Positions 39,436-53,183 of a stretch of DNA of 64,000 nucleotides are shown piece after piece. A program made the position numbers and the translations under genes. This stretch comes from Paraspadella gotoi (taxonomy: Eukaryota; Animalia; Chaetognatha): contig CM119267.1 in the NCBI GenBank assembly GCA_051294375.1, forward strand, positions 13,463,081-13,527,080. Reading direction: 5' to 3'. The notes beneath the pieces are model-generated. The model saw only the letters and a program-made list of their open reading frames with translations, searched no databases and was not told the origin of the DNA. Numbering within the stretch: position 1 is the first letter of the stretch; each line of letters opens with the position of its first letter.

Positions 39436-40364
39436 GGCGATCCCGGAGTTGAATTTCCTCTGGAGGCTTATGGGAAAACAAAGAGAAAGAAGAAAAAATA
39501 AAGTTCGTTTCTTTACGGAAAAAAAAATTTAAGACCGTAACAACAATGATATTAAAAACGTTTTTAAGCTTCACGAGCTAAGGATTTCTTTTTAATTCTT
39601 TAAAAAATTTAATTATAATATTTTTTTTATTGCCTTAAATAGATATTTATATTTATAGTTTTTATTTATGATAACCACGATCATTTAATAATTCGGATAT
39701 GTTTTGGTTCTGGTTTTTTGAACCTTCATCAACCAGTTTTGATAAATATTTGGATACTAACTTTGAGAGATAGAGAGAGGGGCAATTTTAACCTTGATTA
39801 TCTCTCACTCTTTCCAAATTATTAAATGACCATTGTAATCATAAAACTCTGTTACTTTGTAAATATTATTATTATATTTTTTATAATTTTATTAATATTT
39901 AAATATTATTTTTTAAAATATTAAATTATTGTATACTTAAGCCGAAACTTAATTTTAAATTTAACTCTAATTTACCCTTAACTTACCCCTAACCTAAACT
40001 TACCTCTACCCCTAACTTACCCTTAACCCTAACTTACCCCTAACCCTAACTTACCCCTAACCTATTTTTAACCTTAATTTATTTTTCTAATTATTTTATA
40101 CTTATTCTTAATTTATTCTTAACCATAATTTATTGTAACCTTAATTTTTACCGAAATAAATATATTGGTTATACCAATTTCATATAACAAAAATAAAAAA
40201 TATTAAAAAAAAATTATATCTGAATTCCTTTATTTTTTTTCCCAAAATGTTATCCTCTTTCCTTTCCATTTCGTTCCTCTTCTTTTTTCCGTTAATTCTT
40301 TAAGAAAAACCTTGTTCTTCGTTTTCCCATAGGCCTCCAGAGGGCATTGATCTCCAGGAATGCC
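39436..40364. mobile_element. Merlin-like MITE containing telomere-like tandem repeats
   Basis: Imperfect TIR of about 45 bp with GGC..GCC termini; 8-bp TSD AAGTTATC; (TAACTTACCCC/CCCTAA)n at about 39960-40075. Confidence 0.75.
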
Positions 40365-41851
40365 AAGTTATCTACACAAAGTATTATTCTTTTTTAAATA
40401 TTTTCATGATGAGTCAAAAATAAGAAAAACCGTAAATCTTTCGATGGTTTTATCATTTTTTTATATTTTCACATAGAAAACGTAAGAATTTTTAAAAGCT
40501 GTAATTATATTTCTTGTTTAATCCATCAAAAAATTTTAAGATTTCAAAAAAAAATTTTATAATGTAAAAAAAGACAAGTAATATTAAGATTATAATATTT
40601 ACATTACGTATAATGTAAATTTTTTTTAAAAATGAGTGCTTAAATATTTAGTCAAAACTAAAAATACTTTGCTAATAATCGAAATTTTATATTATTTCTG
40701 GAGTTGGTCCCTACTTAATGTTACAAAAGAAATAATGGTTCTTAATCCTTTGAGATCTAAAAATGAAATGCACTAAAATATCGGCCTCCCTCTCGTCTCT
40801 TTTTGTTTATTCTACTTAGACAAAATGTTTACAAAATAGTCCTGTGAATCTATGAAATATTAAACTTTGGAACTTACAGAATTAAGAGAGAAAAAATTTG
40901 AAAGAAAGACAATTACTAAATTGGAGGCTAATTAAAATATTACTCACACCTTATAGTTTATAAGATTTTTTTAAAAATAAAAGGCGGCGCCAGTAGTCGC
41001 TTAGATTTGATTTTTAACAAATGAGCAACAAACTATAGGCAATAAGGCGGGCCAAAATTAACTTAAATTAATAATAGGGACGATTCCGCAATCTATTTCA
41101 ATGACCCCTGATATAATCTTCTTATCAGCGTAAAAAAAATTTTAAAAAAATTTTCAGTATCACACACGGAAACATTTCTTTGTCCAAATAACGAAACTCT
41201 TCAAATCACAATTTTCTCGCATTCTGATTGGCTGAAAGAGGTCACGTGACATACCAATTTTTGTTTTTATCCATACTCAGTAGTAGTTAAAGATAATTAA
41301 TCATGTATTCATGTGCAAAAGTGTATTTCAAATTTATATTATTTTTTTTGACAGAAAAAATGCAATAAGATAACAAGAAAATATTTCAAATATAACAAAA
41401 AACAAAATAATTGGCATATTTTTACATTCGCAGACCAGGATTTTGTGGTCAGTTTTTTTTTTTTTTGCTTCTTATGACCGACTTAAAAATCTAAAAAAAT
41501 ACTGGTATGGGTAAAAAAAATTTTTATTACAAATCCCTAACTACCCTTAATCCCTAACCAAAAATATAACAAAATATTGTTTTTTCTTTCTTTTCCTTGT
41601 TTGTTTACGTACAAGTTTTATTAAGAAAAAAATTTCGGACAGGTTTCGGCTTCAATGTAAACTTTTATCAGCGCAAAAACGAATTGATTTGTGAAACATA
41701 TTTTCACAGACTTTTAAAATTGGAGAAAGAGAGAGAAAAAAAGAGTCTGAAAATATTTGTTTCCCCAATCAATTCGTTTTTGCGCTGATGAAAGCTTACA
41801 TTAAATCTGAAACATGTCCGAAATTTATGTTTCTTTATAAAACTCGTATGT

Positions 41852-42083
41852 TATGGTGGACTAAAATCCAACAACCGTTCATCAGCGGCCATTGGTGCCG
41901 GAGGCAAGTCATTCGCCTCCCAACCCAAAGGTCCGGGGTTCTAGCCCGGTGATCGCCTAGCAGTTAAGAGGGACGGGGCGCTTAACCCGCCTGTAACATG
42001 GTGTTACAGCCTGATCCGAAGCTCAGGGACTGCTTACATTGAACGGTTCTGTCACTAACACAACAATAATTACTGTCTCTTCA
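41852..42083 (+). mobile_element. tRNA-Gly-like-containing 232-bp element, probably a solo LTR (SINE not excluded)
   Basis: 4-bp TSD ATGT, confirmed against the empty host copy at about 16420. Ends ..TCTTCA with no A-rich tail. The tRNA-like region (GCGGCCA..CTCCCAA..GGTTCTAGCCC..) starts about 33 nt inside. Confidence 0.75.
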
Positions 42084-43247
42084 ATGTAAACAAACAATTC
42101 ATTTTCTACCTCAAATATAAAAAAAGCAATTGTAATTATTTCCTTTCTTTTCGTTATTCCTAAAAAAAAAACAAAATAAATTTTAAAAAAATTATTGTTT
42201 ATTATATCATTGTTTGCGCTGCCTCTGGTTTCAGACTTATTTTACAAATGGCGACGATCGAGGTTTCAAAAGTTGTTTATTTATCGAAGTTAAAAAACAG
42301 GCGAGGACATAAAAGCATTTCCAAATTGTTTGTAAACAATCCAAATAAACATTAAAATTTCGGTTAAAAGGTAAATAAATGGTCTTAAAACCGTTTCGAC
42401 GTCGTAATCTCTTACAAGATTTTACAAAATTTCAAATCAAACGTTATCTAAAATAACCCAGATTGCCTCAGCCAACTCTTTTTCCACTTCTTCAATTATC
42501 CGTTGTCGCGACTCCCGATTGCGAATTTGGGAAACTTGAACCAAGATATTTTCATTCCTAATCGTCGGACGTTGAGCCGTCTCCCCCTACGGCGACGCTC
42601 GTAACTGTCGATACAATAATTATAAAATTTGTATTTCTGAACCAAAAAAATGTGTATTGCGCAAACTATGACTCGACGCTAGAGGGAAAACAAAATTAAA
42701 TGGATAAACAAAGCACCGACCGGTGGTAGCTGAAGTTGGTTGCGGACATCGAATAGTAAAGTTACCCAAATAATTGATAAGCGACATATCTTGAGCGGGA
42801 TTCTAGAGTAATACCATATAAACAATTTTTATAAACAGACCTTTTTGTGTGATTTCTCTCTTTTCGTTGTTGTAATTGCATTTAGTGAAAACAAAAGTTT
42901 TTGTTATTTTGACAACAATTTTTTTTATTATTCTTTGAGAGTCATCGCATGTACCGAGATACTGAGTCCACCGCCTCGGCTATGGTCGAGCTTTCGGATA
43001 CAGCTCCGTTTCTTCTTTGGAAATCAAAGAAAGTTGGGCCTTCAACGGTGCTATCGCCATCCCTGAGGGATAGGAGGCTTTCCAAGGTATATACACAAAA
43101 AACTAGGTTTGTAAAGATAAATTTCTCAAAAAAGGCGCACATCGTAAATACATACAAACTAAATATAAACCATGAACAAAAAGTACTGTAGACTAAACCT
43201 AAGACAACCGAATCTTGTAGAACAATTAAGGCTGTCATTGAATTCTA

Positions 43248-43875
43248 CACGGCGGCGCAAAAAAAAGTAGCCACTTCTTTCATACCAGATTTTATAGCAA
43301 AAAATAAATAAATTAAATTAAAAAATTATCCGAATTTAACCGTTAAAATAAATATGTTAACAGTTAGGTTAAAATTATTTTTAACCATTAATAACCATTA
43401 ACGGTTATTGTAACCTTACTTAAAATGAAACTAGAATTACAGTATTCACATCACTCCTCATCTAACGATATAAAAATATATGAAAAAAACCTCTGACTTT
43501 TTTCGGAATAATTTTTTTCTAATTATATATAAATCCTTCTTTTTTGTTGTATAGATTAAAGAGACAGTTTGAGTATTTTAACAAAAACATTTTAATTTAA
43601 TAATGGACGAATATATTTTGGCTCAAATTCGAGCCTTCATTAGCGCTAAATTATTATTATTTTTTACAAAAAAATTTAGTGCTGATGAAGGATCCAATTT
43701 GAGACTGATTTTAAAATCTTGCTGTATTCTACTGCCTGAACCAATTCAAATTTTTCTTGCACTAATGAATAGCTATTTAAAAATGTAATACTTTTCATAT
43801 ATATTTTCTTAAAATTAAAAAAAAATAGTGGCGTATTTAAAAATACCTAGTGGCTACTTTTTTTGCGCCGCAGTG
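43248..43875. mobile_element. Tc1/mariner-like MITE just downstream of the Fox stop codon
   Basis: TIR CAC(G/T)GCGGCGCAAAAAAAAGTAGCCACT with TA TSD. Confidence 0.8.
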
Positions 43876-43896
43876 TATTCATCATTTAAGTAATTT

Positions 43897-44745
43897 TTAA
43901 AAATAAAAGCATTCGAGATCTCGAAAATTGTTTTGGTTCTGGTTCTCTAAACCCTCGACGTTTTCGTCCAAATCTTCAACGTCGTCCATTAATAAAAAGT
44001 CAAGATCCATAATTTCACTTGTGGTTTGGTTGAGGGATGGGAGAGATTGAAGGTTAGCTTCTACTTCTTCAAAGGCGAATTGAGAGGAATCTGTATAATT
44101 CTGACGACGGTCCTCGTCCGAATCTCGGTAGGCGAGAGGAACTTCCGAGTCTCCCGTATGCAGTTCGTCCAATTGTTCCATTCGATTGCATTCGAAGCCA
44201 AGATCCCACCAAAAATAATTGGTAATGACGCCGGATTCGACAGCGATCCAAAATTTTTCGATGCTCGGAAGAGGGAATAAATCAAAGGAGAGAGCCTTGG
44301 AGACGATGGAGTCTAAACATTGAGGAAACCTAAGTGATTCTCTTAAAAGGTGAACCCGCTTTCTCAAAACACGTTTGAGTTTCTTCTTGAATCCTTCGAT
44401 ATTTTTTTTTGGAACAGAAAACAAGACAAGGTCGGGCGGATCTGAAAAGTTCCTTTCAGAATTTATTTTTTGCCTATGTAATACATATGCAATATGTTGA
44501 TTGTTGAGCTTATATAAATTTATTGTTATACCGTAATTTAGTCGCGTGTGCTTCGTGAACATCCCCTTCAACTTGTTCCTCAGCGCACTAGCAACTTTGG
44601 AGTGGGGCTTGAAAATATTTTGGGAGCAATACGGAAAGTTGAACAAAATCCATTTGTGAATCTCTCGACTGCTCAATATTCCAAGTTTTGAATTGCTCAA
44701 TGCCAAATAAATTAAAGTAGCCATAGAAGCGGGCGGCTTGGGAAA
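43897..44745 (-). CDS. Divergent forkhead-box protein, FoxN1/4-like; probably the 3' exon of a gene (or a pseudogene)
   Basis: In frame upstream of the track Met reads FPKPPASMATLIYLALSNS..G.L..REIHKWI..NFPY (forkhead H1-H2). It has a FoxN-like post-domain segment (LRESLRFPQCLDSI) and an acidic C-terminus. Candidate acceptor attcag|TTTCCCAAG at 44746. Confidence 0.7.
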   Translation of the reverse strand, partial: FPKPPASMATLIYLALSNSKLGILSSREIHKWILFNFPYCSQNIFKPHSKVASALRNKLKGMFTKHTRLNYGITINLYKLNNQHIAYVLHRQKINSERNFSDPPDLVLFSVPKKNIEGFKKKLKRVLRKRVHLLRESLRFPQCLDSIVSKALSFDLFPLPSIEKFWIAVESGVITNYFWWDLGFECNRMEQLDELHTGDSEVPLAYRDSDEDRRQNYTDSSQFAFEEVEANLQSLPSLNQTTSEIMDLDFLLMDDVEDLDENVEGLENQNQNNFRDLECFYF

Positions 44746-44904
44746 CTGAATATGGGCATAAAAATGTAATTGAATGAAATAGACGAATAAAACCGCTATA
44801 AATTTAAAATTATGGTGGCAACTACGAAGTATTTTTATGAGTATTACCTAGTTTCAGTTGAAGAATAATTGTAAATATATTAAAAATCTTAAAAGTATAG
44901 TATA

Positions 44905-47091
44905 TACGACAATGAAAAATGGCGTAACGTTACTGTTCCGTGCATAAAAAAAATTCACTGTTTAATATTATTATATTTCTTTTCATTTTTTGAAACATTA
45001 TAGTTTCATATGTTAATATCTAAAATATCAATGCAAAATCTTTTTTTGGTTTTTAGATATGACTGAATATAGGGTGAAAGTTGATAAATTTTTTTAAAAA
45101 GTTATTTATTCATATTTGTTCATAGAATTATAATAAAAAAAAATAATAGTACCAATAGTTAGTGTTATGTCTCAAATAGATGGAAAAAAAACCTCATTTA
45201 ATAATTCGATCGGGAAGTAGGGTAACTAAAGCTTACCAATGGCATTCTCCACACCGATTGTTCTCTCAAATAATTTTTTTTATTTAATACATTTGAAAAG
45301 GAAAAAAAAAAATTCGGAATGCAGGTTGCAGAAAGGGTACAGATAATCTGGACTTACTGACATGATAACCATGACCTTTTATATCTTGAGATATGGGGGT
45401 AATAAAGAAATCTAAAAAATTCGATCATTAAGTCAGTCAATGAACCCTTTCCAATGGGCTATTATGAGAAATATTTTTTTAAAATTAAAATGGATGATAA
45501 ATAATATAATTAAATTCCTTGCTATATTTAAAAGAAAATTATCCATACAATTTAACACAATGATGTCTTGCTTTGTCAAATATGTTGCCAGCTATATAAT
45601 TTTTTAAAACTTTATTATGATAAACAAGCAGTGTGTCAAGCTTTTAGTTTGCAGTTAAAGATAATGAAAAATGACGTTTTTTTTTCACAGACAAGAAGGT
45701 AAATGTTCAGACTGTTTATATCAAGCTGAAAACATTTTTGTATTTATAATTTATGATATTTAAAAAGATATTTTATCAAGTTACAACATAAATTTTTGTT
45801 TGTTTTTTACTTTAACTGAAAAATATAAGCAATTGTATGGATTAAAGAAAATTTAATAATAATCAAAATGTAATTCAGTCTTTCCTTTTTGAAATTAAAA
45901 AATAAAAAAAAAATTCAAATGCCTTCATTGAAATTTTTAAAGCAAAAAACTGTTATACTTTTAACTCTATTTAAACAAAAGCTGTGTAAAGATTTATGGA
46001 TTTAATTTAATAAAACTCTTTTAGAAAGGTGTCCTATGATTAGGGCTTTAATTTGATACACACCCACACCTTGCTACCTCTTTTCTTTCAAAATTTATTT
46101 AAAAAAATATTTTTTTTTAAACTACGCAATACAAATCTTTGTTAAATAAAAAATTTGGCAAAGCGGGAGTATCTCACTTATTTCTATTGGTACAATACTT
46201 AAATTTCAAAATAAAACCCGAAGAAAATTTTTTCATTATTTAGAGACATATCACTTTCAGATATACCCATCATATAATAATTGATTTATTTATTTCCCCA
46301 AAAAAAGCCTAATTAGAAAGTTATAATTTTTTCAAATTGTTTGAAAAAAAATTTCGTCCGACCTATGCTCATTGAGAATAATGGTTTTGCATAGAAAATT
46401 AAAATATCAAAAAAATTTCAAAATCAGCCTCTAGAAAAATCGAAAGGCAAGAGGCAAAATTTTTTTCCCAACTCAAAATCCATTATTCTCAAGTTTCAAA
46501 ATATTTTTTTTCAAAATCATTCAATCAATTTTTTTTATTAATTTAAAATGTTTTTATGATGTTGTTTTTGTTTGAAAGAATTGAAAAAAAGTGAAAAATA
46601 TAGTAATTATATAAGGTTTTTGAAATACCTCTAAAATATTAAATAATTAGATACAAGGGGAGTAAGCAGAGAAAACTTCCCATTAATAAAAAAAATTGAA
46701 AATGAATTTGTCATATAGTTATTTAGATTAATTGACTAATTACAAACAAATGATTCATATAATTTTAGGAATTGATGGCTAAAAAATATTCATCTTGGTC
46801 TTGGTTAACTATTAAGTTATCGTTAAAGTTTTGTTTTAATAATATTAATTTTTTTTTGTATTTATAAAACCAATGTCTAAAATTTTGTAAGCGTTTTGAG
46901 CTATATTGCTTCATCTTTTTTACTATTTTTGATCTAGTTAGCTTTTTTGTTGATGGTCAAGGGTTATGGTCAGACACGTGTATATTGGACATATTACCAA
47001 AAATAATAATCAATTAATTTGGCTCAGAAACAATTTTTAAGGGACAAAATCAGCACGAGACCGTTTCGCCACGTTATTTTTCATTGTGTCA
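44905..47091. mobile_element. Second, oppositely oriented copy of the 2.2-kb TIR element
   Basis: Reverse complement of 35744-37963 along its length. Confidence 0.8.
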
Positions 47092-48277
47092 TACAAATTT
47101 CCAGCTTAATCACACACTTTCTTACCACATACAAGGTTTCAAGTCAATCGCCCCATCCACTCATGAGTAATTGGCGTTCGAATAGTGAAATAGATTTTGT
47201 TGTTTTTTCCATTTAAACTTATCTCCACTCGCACGATTCCATCAAAACTTCATATCCAGCTCAATCACAGAGATTTTTTCATAGATTTATTAAAAAGTCT
47301 GTTATGATTTGTTTGATCACAAATTGAGTCAGAAAAATTACGATTTATCATCGGATTAGCTTATTACCCGCTTTATATTATCGTAGGCGGATCCGACATT
47401 GTTTTCTCAAACTGATTTAAAAAATATCTACATGGTGACAATTTACAAGCGCCGGTATCCGGTTTCAGCCGGTTCAATTAAGAGTGTCAAAAGTGAATTA
47501 TTTTAAAATTTTAAATGTTTTTTCAAAATATATGACCTGTCAAAATTATAATAACAAAAAATATTATTATTTATATAGGTATCATGAAAGAGCCTGAGAA
47601 AAAAGATTTAAGATTGATTTTTAAAAGGATGTCTCGTTTTTGAATATCCTAATTAAATTAAAGCTGGGCCAATTAAATTTTATACTACAGTATTCGTAAG
47701 TATATAATTCTTTTCATGTTTTTAAGGGCTTTCTGAGGATATTAATATTGTTAATATTTTAATAAATACTTTGTTTAAAAAAGTGCTAAAAGTTCCAAAA
47801 AAAAAAATGAATTTAAAAACAGTGAGTCAAGGATTTTCTTATCTTTTGGATTGTATCGAGTTTTGCTATATGGAAAAGCAAACAATATGGGAAGCAAACA
47901 AATACCAGTAGTCATGTTTGCTACACGCCAAAATTATTAAAAATCAACTACATGAATATTTGCACTCCTCTGTAACTTCTGTAATTAATCAGAAGTTAAT
48001 TAATTTTTATTAATTATTATTAATTAATAATAATTAATAATAATTTGTACCTTGTGCGACTGTTAGAATACCCTAAAAAAAATTATCACCTAAAAAATTA
48101 AATTTCTAGCATAAGCCAAAATTGTATAGCAAACAATATCACTCCGTTAATACTTTAAAATTTTATATCTTAAAAAAATGCAGTATGCTTCAATATCTTG
48201 AAGTACCATACAACTACCAGGATTTATTTTAAGAAAACAAATTTTGATTTTTTACAACAAATTTATTTGTAGTTAAT

Positions 48278-48317
48278 GCAGACATGTTTCAAACATTATT
48301 CTGTTCTTCTTCAGTGC
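48278..48317 (-). ncRNA. Minimal type I hammerhead ribozyme
   Basis: Minus strand: gca-CTGAAGA-A-GAACA-gaataa-TGTTT-GAAAC-at-GTC-tgc. Confidence 0.75.
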
Positions 48318-50559
48318 AAATTTTTTACATTTGTGAATTACAAAAGTTTGGTAAGTTATTATTGAGATGAAGAGGGAGAGAGAGACACAGAGAGTGAGAA
48401 AGAGAGAGAGGGATAAAGCTTCCAACAAAGGATTGAGGGAAAAAATTACAATAGGAGGGTGATTTTACAAGCCAACTTTCTCCATTCATTGTCAAGCCAT
48501 ATCTTAACTGATCAATATAAAATTTTAACATATAAATAGTTTTAGTATTTTCTACTCAACTAATTTTTAAAATCAATAAAATAACCACTGGTTTGCAAAT
48601 GACAGCGTATTTCTACCGGCGCTTGTAAAATTGTCACCATGTACTTTCCTGAAAAAAAATTAAATAGGTTTAGTTTAAAATCTGGTCAATTGAAGATAAG
48701 ACAAAATTTTAACAAATTTTATCTTATGCAATAAAATGCGCGCGCATAAAAACGACGCAGCACGATAAGTTTTGTCTCAATATAGGGTCCCACCCCTGAA
48801 CGTAAATTTAACGCAAAAGCGTAGGTGACCAAAATAAAAAATGTATTAACAAAAACTTGATGCTTCAAAAACTCGATAAAGAAAAAGTAGAAGACAAAGA
48901 AAATCCTTGCGACATCAAATCAAATGTACTGAGTTAATCGATAAGTTTGAGCATTTAACGTTACCTCTTTGGTCAAAGGGAAAAAGGCCCGCCAACTTAG
49001 CAATTCTTCATGTATGATTTTTCGATGATTCAACGAATTAACGGGTAAAATAACGACTGGTGGCTTTAAATTAATCGTCGAAGGCGTCGTATTCGGGATG
49101 TTCAAACAATCGCGTAAACTTTCATTGCCAAAAGAAGCTTTATTAGCTTTATTAATAGCTTCTTCCTGTATTTGGTTAAGAGGCAAGGCTAAACCACATT
49201 CAGAAGGTAAGGGCAAAATTTTGGCCACCACCGCCTTTGATGAAACAAGATCAAAAATATTAAAAGTATAGTCATTACTATAAAAAAAATAAATGAAAAA
49301 ATCCGGGAAAAAAATGAATGTTTGATGCGATAACGAACAATTGATCGATTGATGTAATAGTAATTGATTGATTAATGTAATAATAATTTATTGATGAAAT
49401 AGTAATTGATTGATGTAATATTAATTCATTGATTGATGTAATATTAATTCATTGATTGATGTAACAGTAATTGATTGATTGATGTAATTAATTTATTGGT
49501 ATAATAATAATTAATTATTGATGCGATGATTACCAATTATTGATGCAATGATAATCAATCATTGATACGATGATAGACATTAACTGATCCGATGATAATC
49601 ATTCATTGATTCGATGAGTCATTCATCGTAAATAAAACATGCGTGGATCAAATACTGTGGTGAAATAATTTGTTATTATAACTTCAGATTTGGCACTCTG
49701 GCAGAAAAAATCGCTGACGTTTTTTATTTACCAACTCCCAGTATGCCAGCTTGCTCATCAATGGCATGGTCGAATTTCAAAAAAGCAATTTTTTTTCCTG
49801 TTATAAGATATATTTTTAGTCGGTCGGTCTGTCGGTCCCCCCTTCAATCTTGTCGGGCATTCACTTTTATGTCAGAACATCGAATTATGATAAACTATGC
49901 TAAAAGATGTCCATCCGCCCTGAGAAAAAAACTCAGGGATGGTTGGATTGGAGTGAAATTTTGTATGTGGGTAGGAAAGTGTGTCATTGAGCTGGAAATC
50001 AAGTTTCGATGAAATCGTCCAAGTTGAAATGAGTTTAAATGGAATGGATGGGGCAATTGACTTGAATTTATTTATGTGGGTAAGAAAGTGTGTGATTAAG
50101 CTGGAAATTTAGTTACGATGGAATCGTTTGAGTTTAAATGAAAAAAACAAAAAACCTGTTTCACTAATAGATTATGCTTCTTTTTCTTTTTATATTAAAT
50201 GTAAATGCAAGATGTATTAATCAAATAATCAGTTAATTAATCAATTAATTAATAACTAATTAATCAGTCAATCAATTTATTATTCAATAAATCAATTTAA
50301 TTATCTATTAATTAATTATTTAATCAATCAAGTCAATCGTTATCGGCATTCTTGTCGTCGTCTCCATCATCATATTTGCTTTTGTCGTGGTCAGTGACGA
50401 AAAGACCTAAAAACAAACATTGAAATTAACTTTAATTAATTAAAAAAATCTTAAAAGAATAAGGATCGTCGCAATAGCATAAGAAAAATCTGGATTGACG
50501 ACAAATTTTGATACTAAAAAAATCAAATTGGAGAAAAGAAAATTAATTTATAAACAGAA

Positions 50560-51300
50560 AGAAAAAAAAGAAAAGAATAAATATAAAGAAAAAATAGAAA
50601 GGAAAGAAAGAATAAAAAGGAAAGAAAGAAAGGAAAGAAAGAATAGAAAAAAAGAATAGTAAGGATAGAAAGAATAAAAAGGAAAGAAGGAATAGAAAAA
50701 AAGAATAGTAAGGATAGAAAGAATAAAAAGGAAAGAAAGAATAGAAAGGAAAGAAAGAATAGAAAGGAAAGAAAGTCTAGAAAGGAAAGAAAGAATAAAA
50801 AGGAAAAAAAGAATAGAAAAAAAAATAGAAAGGAAAGAGAGAATAGAAAAAAAATAGAAAGGAAAGAAAGAATAGAAAGGAAAGAAAGAATAGAACGGAA
50901 AGAGAGAATAGAACGGAAAGAAAGAATAAAACGGAAAGAAAGAATAGAAAGGAAAGAAAGAATAGAAAGGAAAGAAAGAATAGAAAGGAAAGAACGAATA
51001 GAAAGGAAAGAACGAATAGAAAGGAAAGAACGAATAGAAGGAAAGAAAGAATAGAAAGGAAAGAAAGAATAGAAAGAAAAAAAAATAGAGAGGAAAAAAA
51101 GAATAGAAAGGAAAGAAAAAATGGAAAGGAAAAAAGAATAGAAAGGAGTAGAAAGGAAAAAGAAAAGAAAAGAAAAGAAAGAAAAGAAAAGAAAAGAAAG
51201 AAAAGAATAGAAAAGAAAGAAAGAATAGAAAAGAAAGAAAGAATAGAACGGAAAGAAAGAATAGAACGGAAAGAAAGATAAAAAATAAAAATAAAGAGAG
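50560..51300. repeat. Purine-rich 18-bp tandem repeat GAATAGAAAGGAAAGAAA within HINE family D copy
   Basis: Directly visible; accounts for the spurious 280-aa F/S/L ORF. Confidence 0.9.
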
Positions 51301-53145
51301 AGTGACGAGAAGAAAGAACGAAATAAAAACCCGATGTTACGATAGCAAAACGATAACATGCACAAATGCGATGCCTAATTTTATGAGTTCAATCCTAATT
51401 CAATTTTTTTTTTAATAAAAACGCAGAGAGATATGGAGAGAGAGAGAGAAGCCAAATCGTTTTCGGACGAATCGGCAGCGGCAGCAGCAGAGGCAGCTGG
51501 AAAAAAAAGAAATCAAAAGGCAGCAGCAGAAGCAGCAGGAGAAAAGAGAGAAAAAAAAGCCCCTGCAGAGCCAGCTGCAGACTCTTTTTTTCAGATGAAT
51601 CAGCCTGGGGAAGAGAGAGAGAGAGCTACATATCATTAAAAGAGAAAAGAGAGAGAGAAAAAGACAAAAATAATAGAGGAAATTTTTTTTGTTTTGATAA
51701 AACGTAAACAAACATAACTGTCCTCACCCAATTTCAAGGACCTCGATGATGAGAAGCTGTATATAAATTTTCAGCTTCATACACCCAAATTTAATCATGA
51801 AAAAGGCGATCGATAAGTTGGAACGCCGACGACGACGACCCCACTTATGTGCAAAACCACAGCAAGCGATTGCGATGATAAAAATAATTAATTACCGCTA
51901 ATGATCATGGGCAGATCCGACATTGTTTGCTCAAATATGTTATGAAAACAAGTTTGAGCAAACAATGTCGGATCAGCCCACGATCACTAGCGGCAATTCA
52001 TTAATTAAATTATTATTTTAGTTTATATAGTTTGTATTAATTAATAAATTAATTATTTTGATCCAAAATGTTTGTTTTTAGGTATTTTCGTCACTGACCA
52101 CGACAAAAGCAACGATGACGATGATGGCGATGACGACAATAATGCCGATAACGATTGACTGATTAATTGATTAAATAATTAATTAATTTATATATATATT
52201 GATTGAATGAATAATTAATTAATATACAATTAAATAAATTGATTGATTGAATACTTAATTGATCGATTAATTGACCGATTAATTAATTATTAATTGATTA
52301 ATTAACTGATTAATTATTTGATTAATTAATACATCTTGCATTTACATTTAATATAAAAACAATTAGTGAAACAGGTTTTTTTTTTTTTCATTTAAACTCA
52401 TTTCCACTCAGACGATTCCATCGAAACTTGATTTCCAGCTTAATCACACACTTTGCTACCCACATACAAAATTTCAAGTCAATCGCACCATCCACTCATG
52501 AGCAATTGGTGTTCAAATAGTGAAATATATATATATATTTTTTTTCCATCTAAATTTATTTCCACTCGCACGATTCCATCGAAACTTGATTTCCAACTCA
52601 ATCACACACTTCCCTACCTACACACAAAATTTCATTCCAATCCATCCATCCAATTAAGAGTAATTGGAGTTTTTTGCTAAGGTGGGAATAAGAAAAAGAA
52701 AAAGCCCAAAATGAGCTGGCAGCATCCCCCATTGCTGACCCGGGGGGTGCCCAGCTCCTTTTGAGCTTTTTCTTTTTCTTATTTTCACTTCCTCAACATC
52801 TTTATTTCCATTTCATCTAAATTTCAATTCTTTAATTCATTTTAATCTGAATTAATTTAAATATTTAGTTTGTTAAGTCTGTTAACTTATTTATTAAATT
52901 TACTATTGTTGTACATAATCTAATGTAATTTTTCTTATCAAATGTTAACCTCTGCTTCTCTGTCTCTCTCTCTCTCCCTCACTCACAAATTTAATTTCTT
53001 TTCCCTCACATTCTCTCTCTCTCTCTACCAACTTAAACCTGTCCTCACATTTCACCACTGTCCAGGCTCACATCTTTGTTGGCCATTTCCTCTCTCTCTC
53101 TCTCTCTCTCCCAAGTCAATTTGGAAAACATGAAAATTGTGAAAA

Positions 53146-53183
53146 CACTGATGAAGGTTTGAATGAAAGCCGAAACTTGTCTG
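53146..53183 (+). ncRNA. Minimal type I hammerhead ribozyme in PLE pLTR copy (about 52690-53267)
   Basis: ca-CTGATGA-A-GGTTT-gaatga-AAGCC-GAAAC-tt-GTC-tg; flanks resemble 24040-24593 and end in ACAATG. Confidence 0.75.

Noticed and set aside
47432-47490. Possible twister ribozyme (TACAAGCGCCGG; also about 48615 and 61451)
   Set aside because: The twister core and pseudoknots could not be assembled; more likely part of a DNA-transposon repeat.
50523-51365. 280-aa Phe/Ser/Leu-rich ORF
   Set aside because: Translation of an 18-bp purine-rich tandem repeat inside a transposon.
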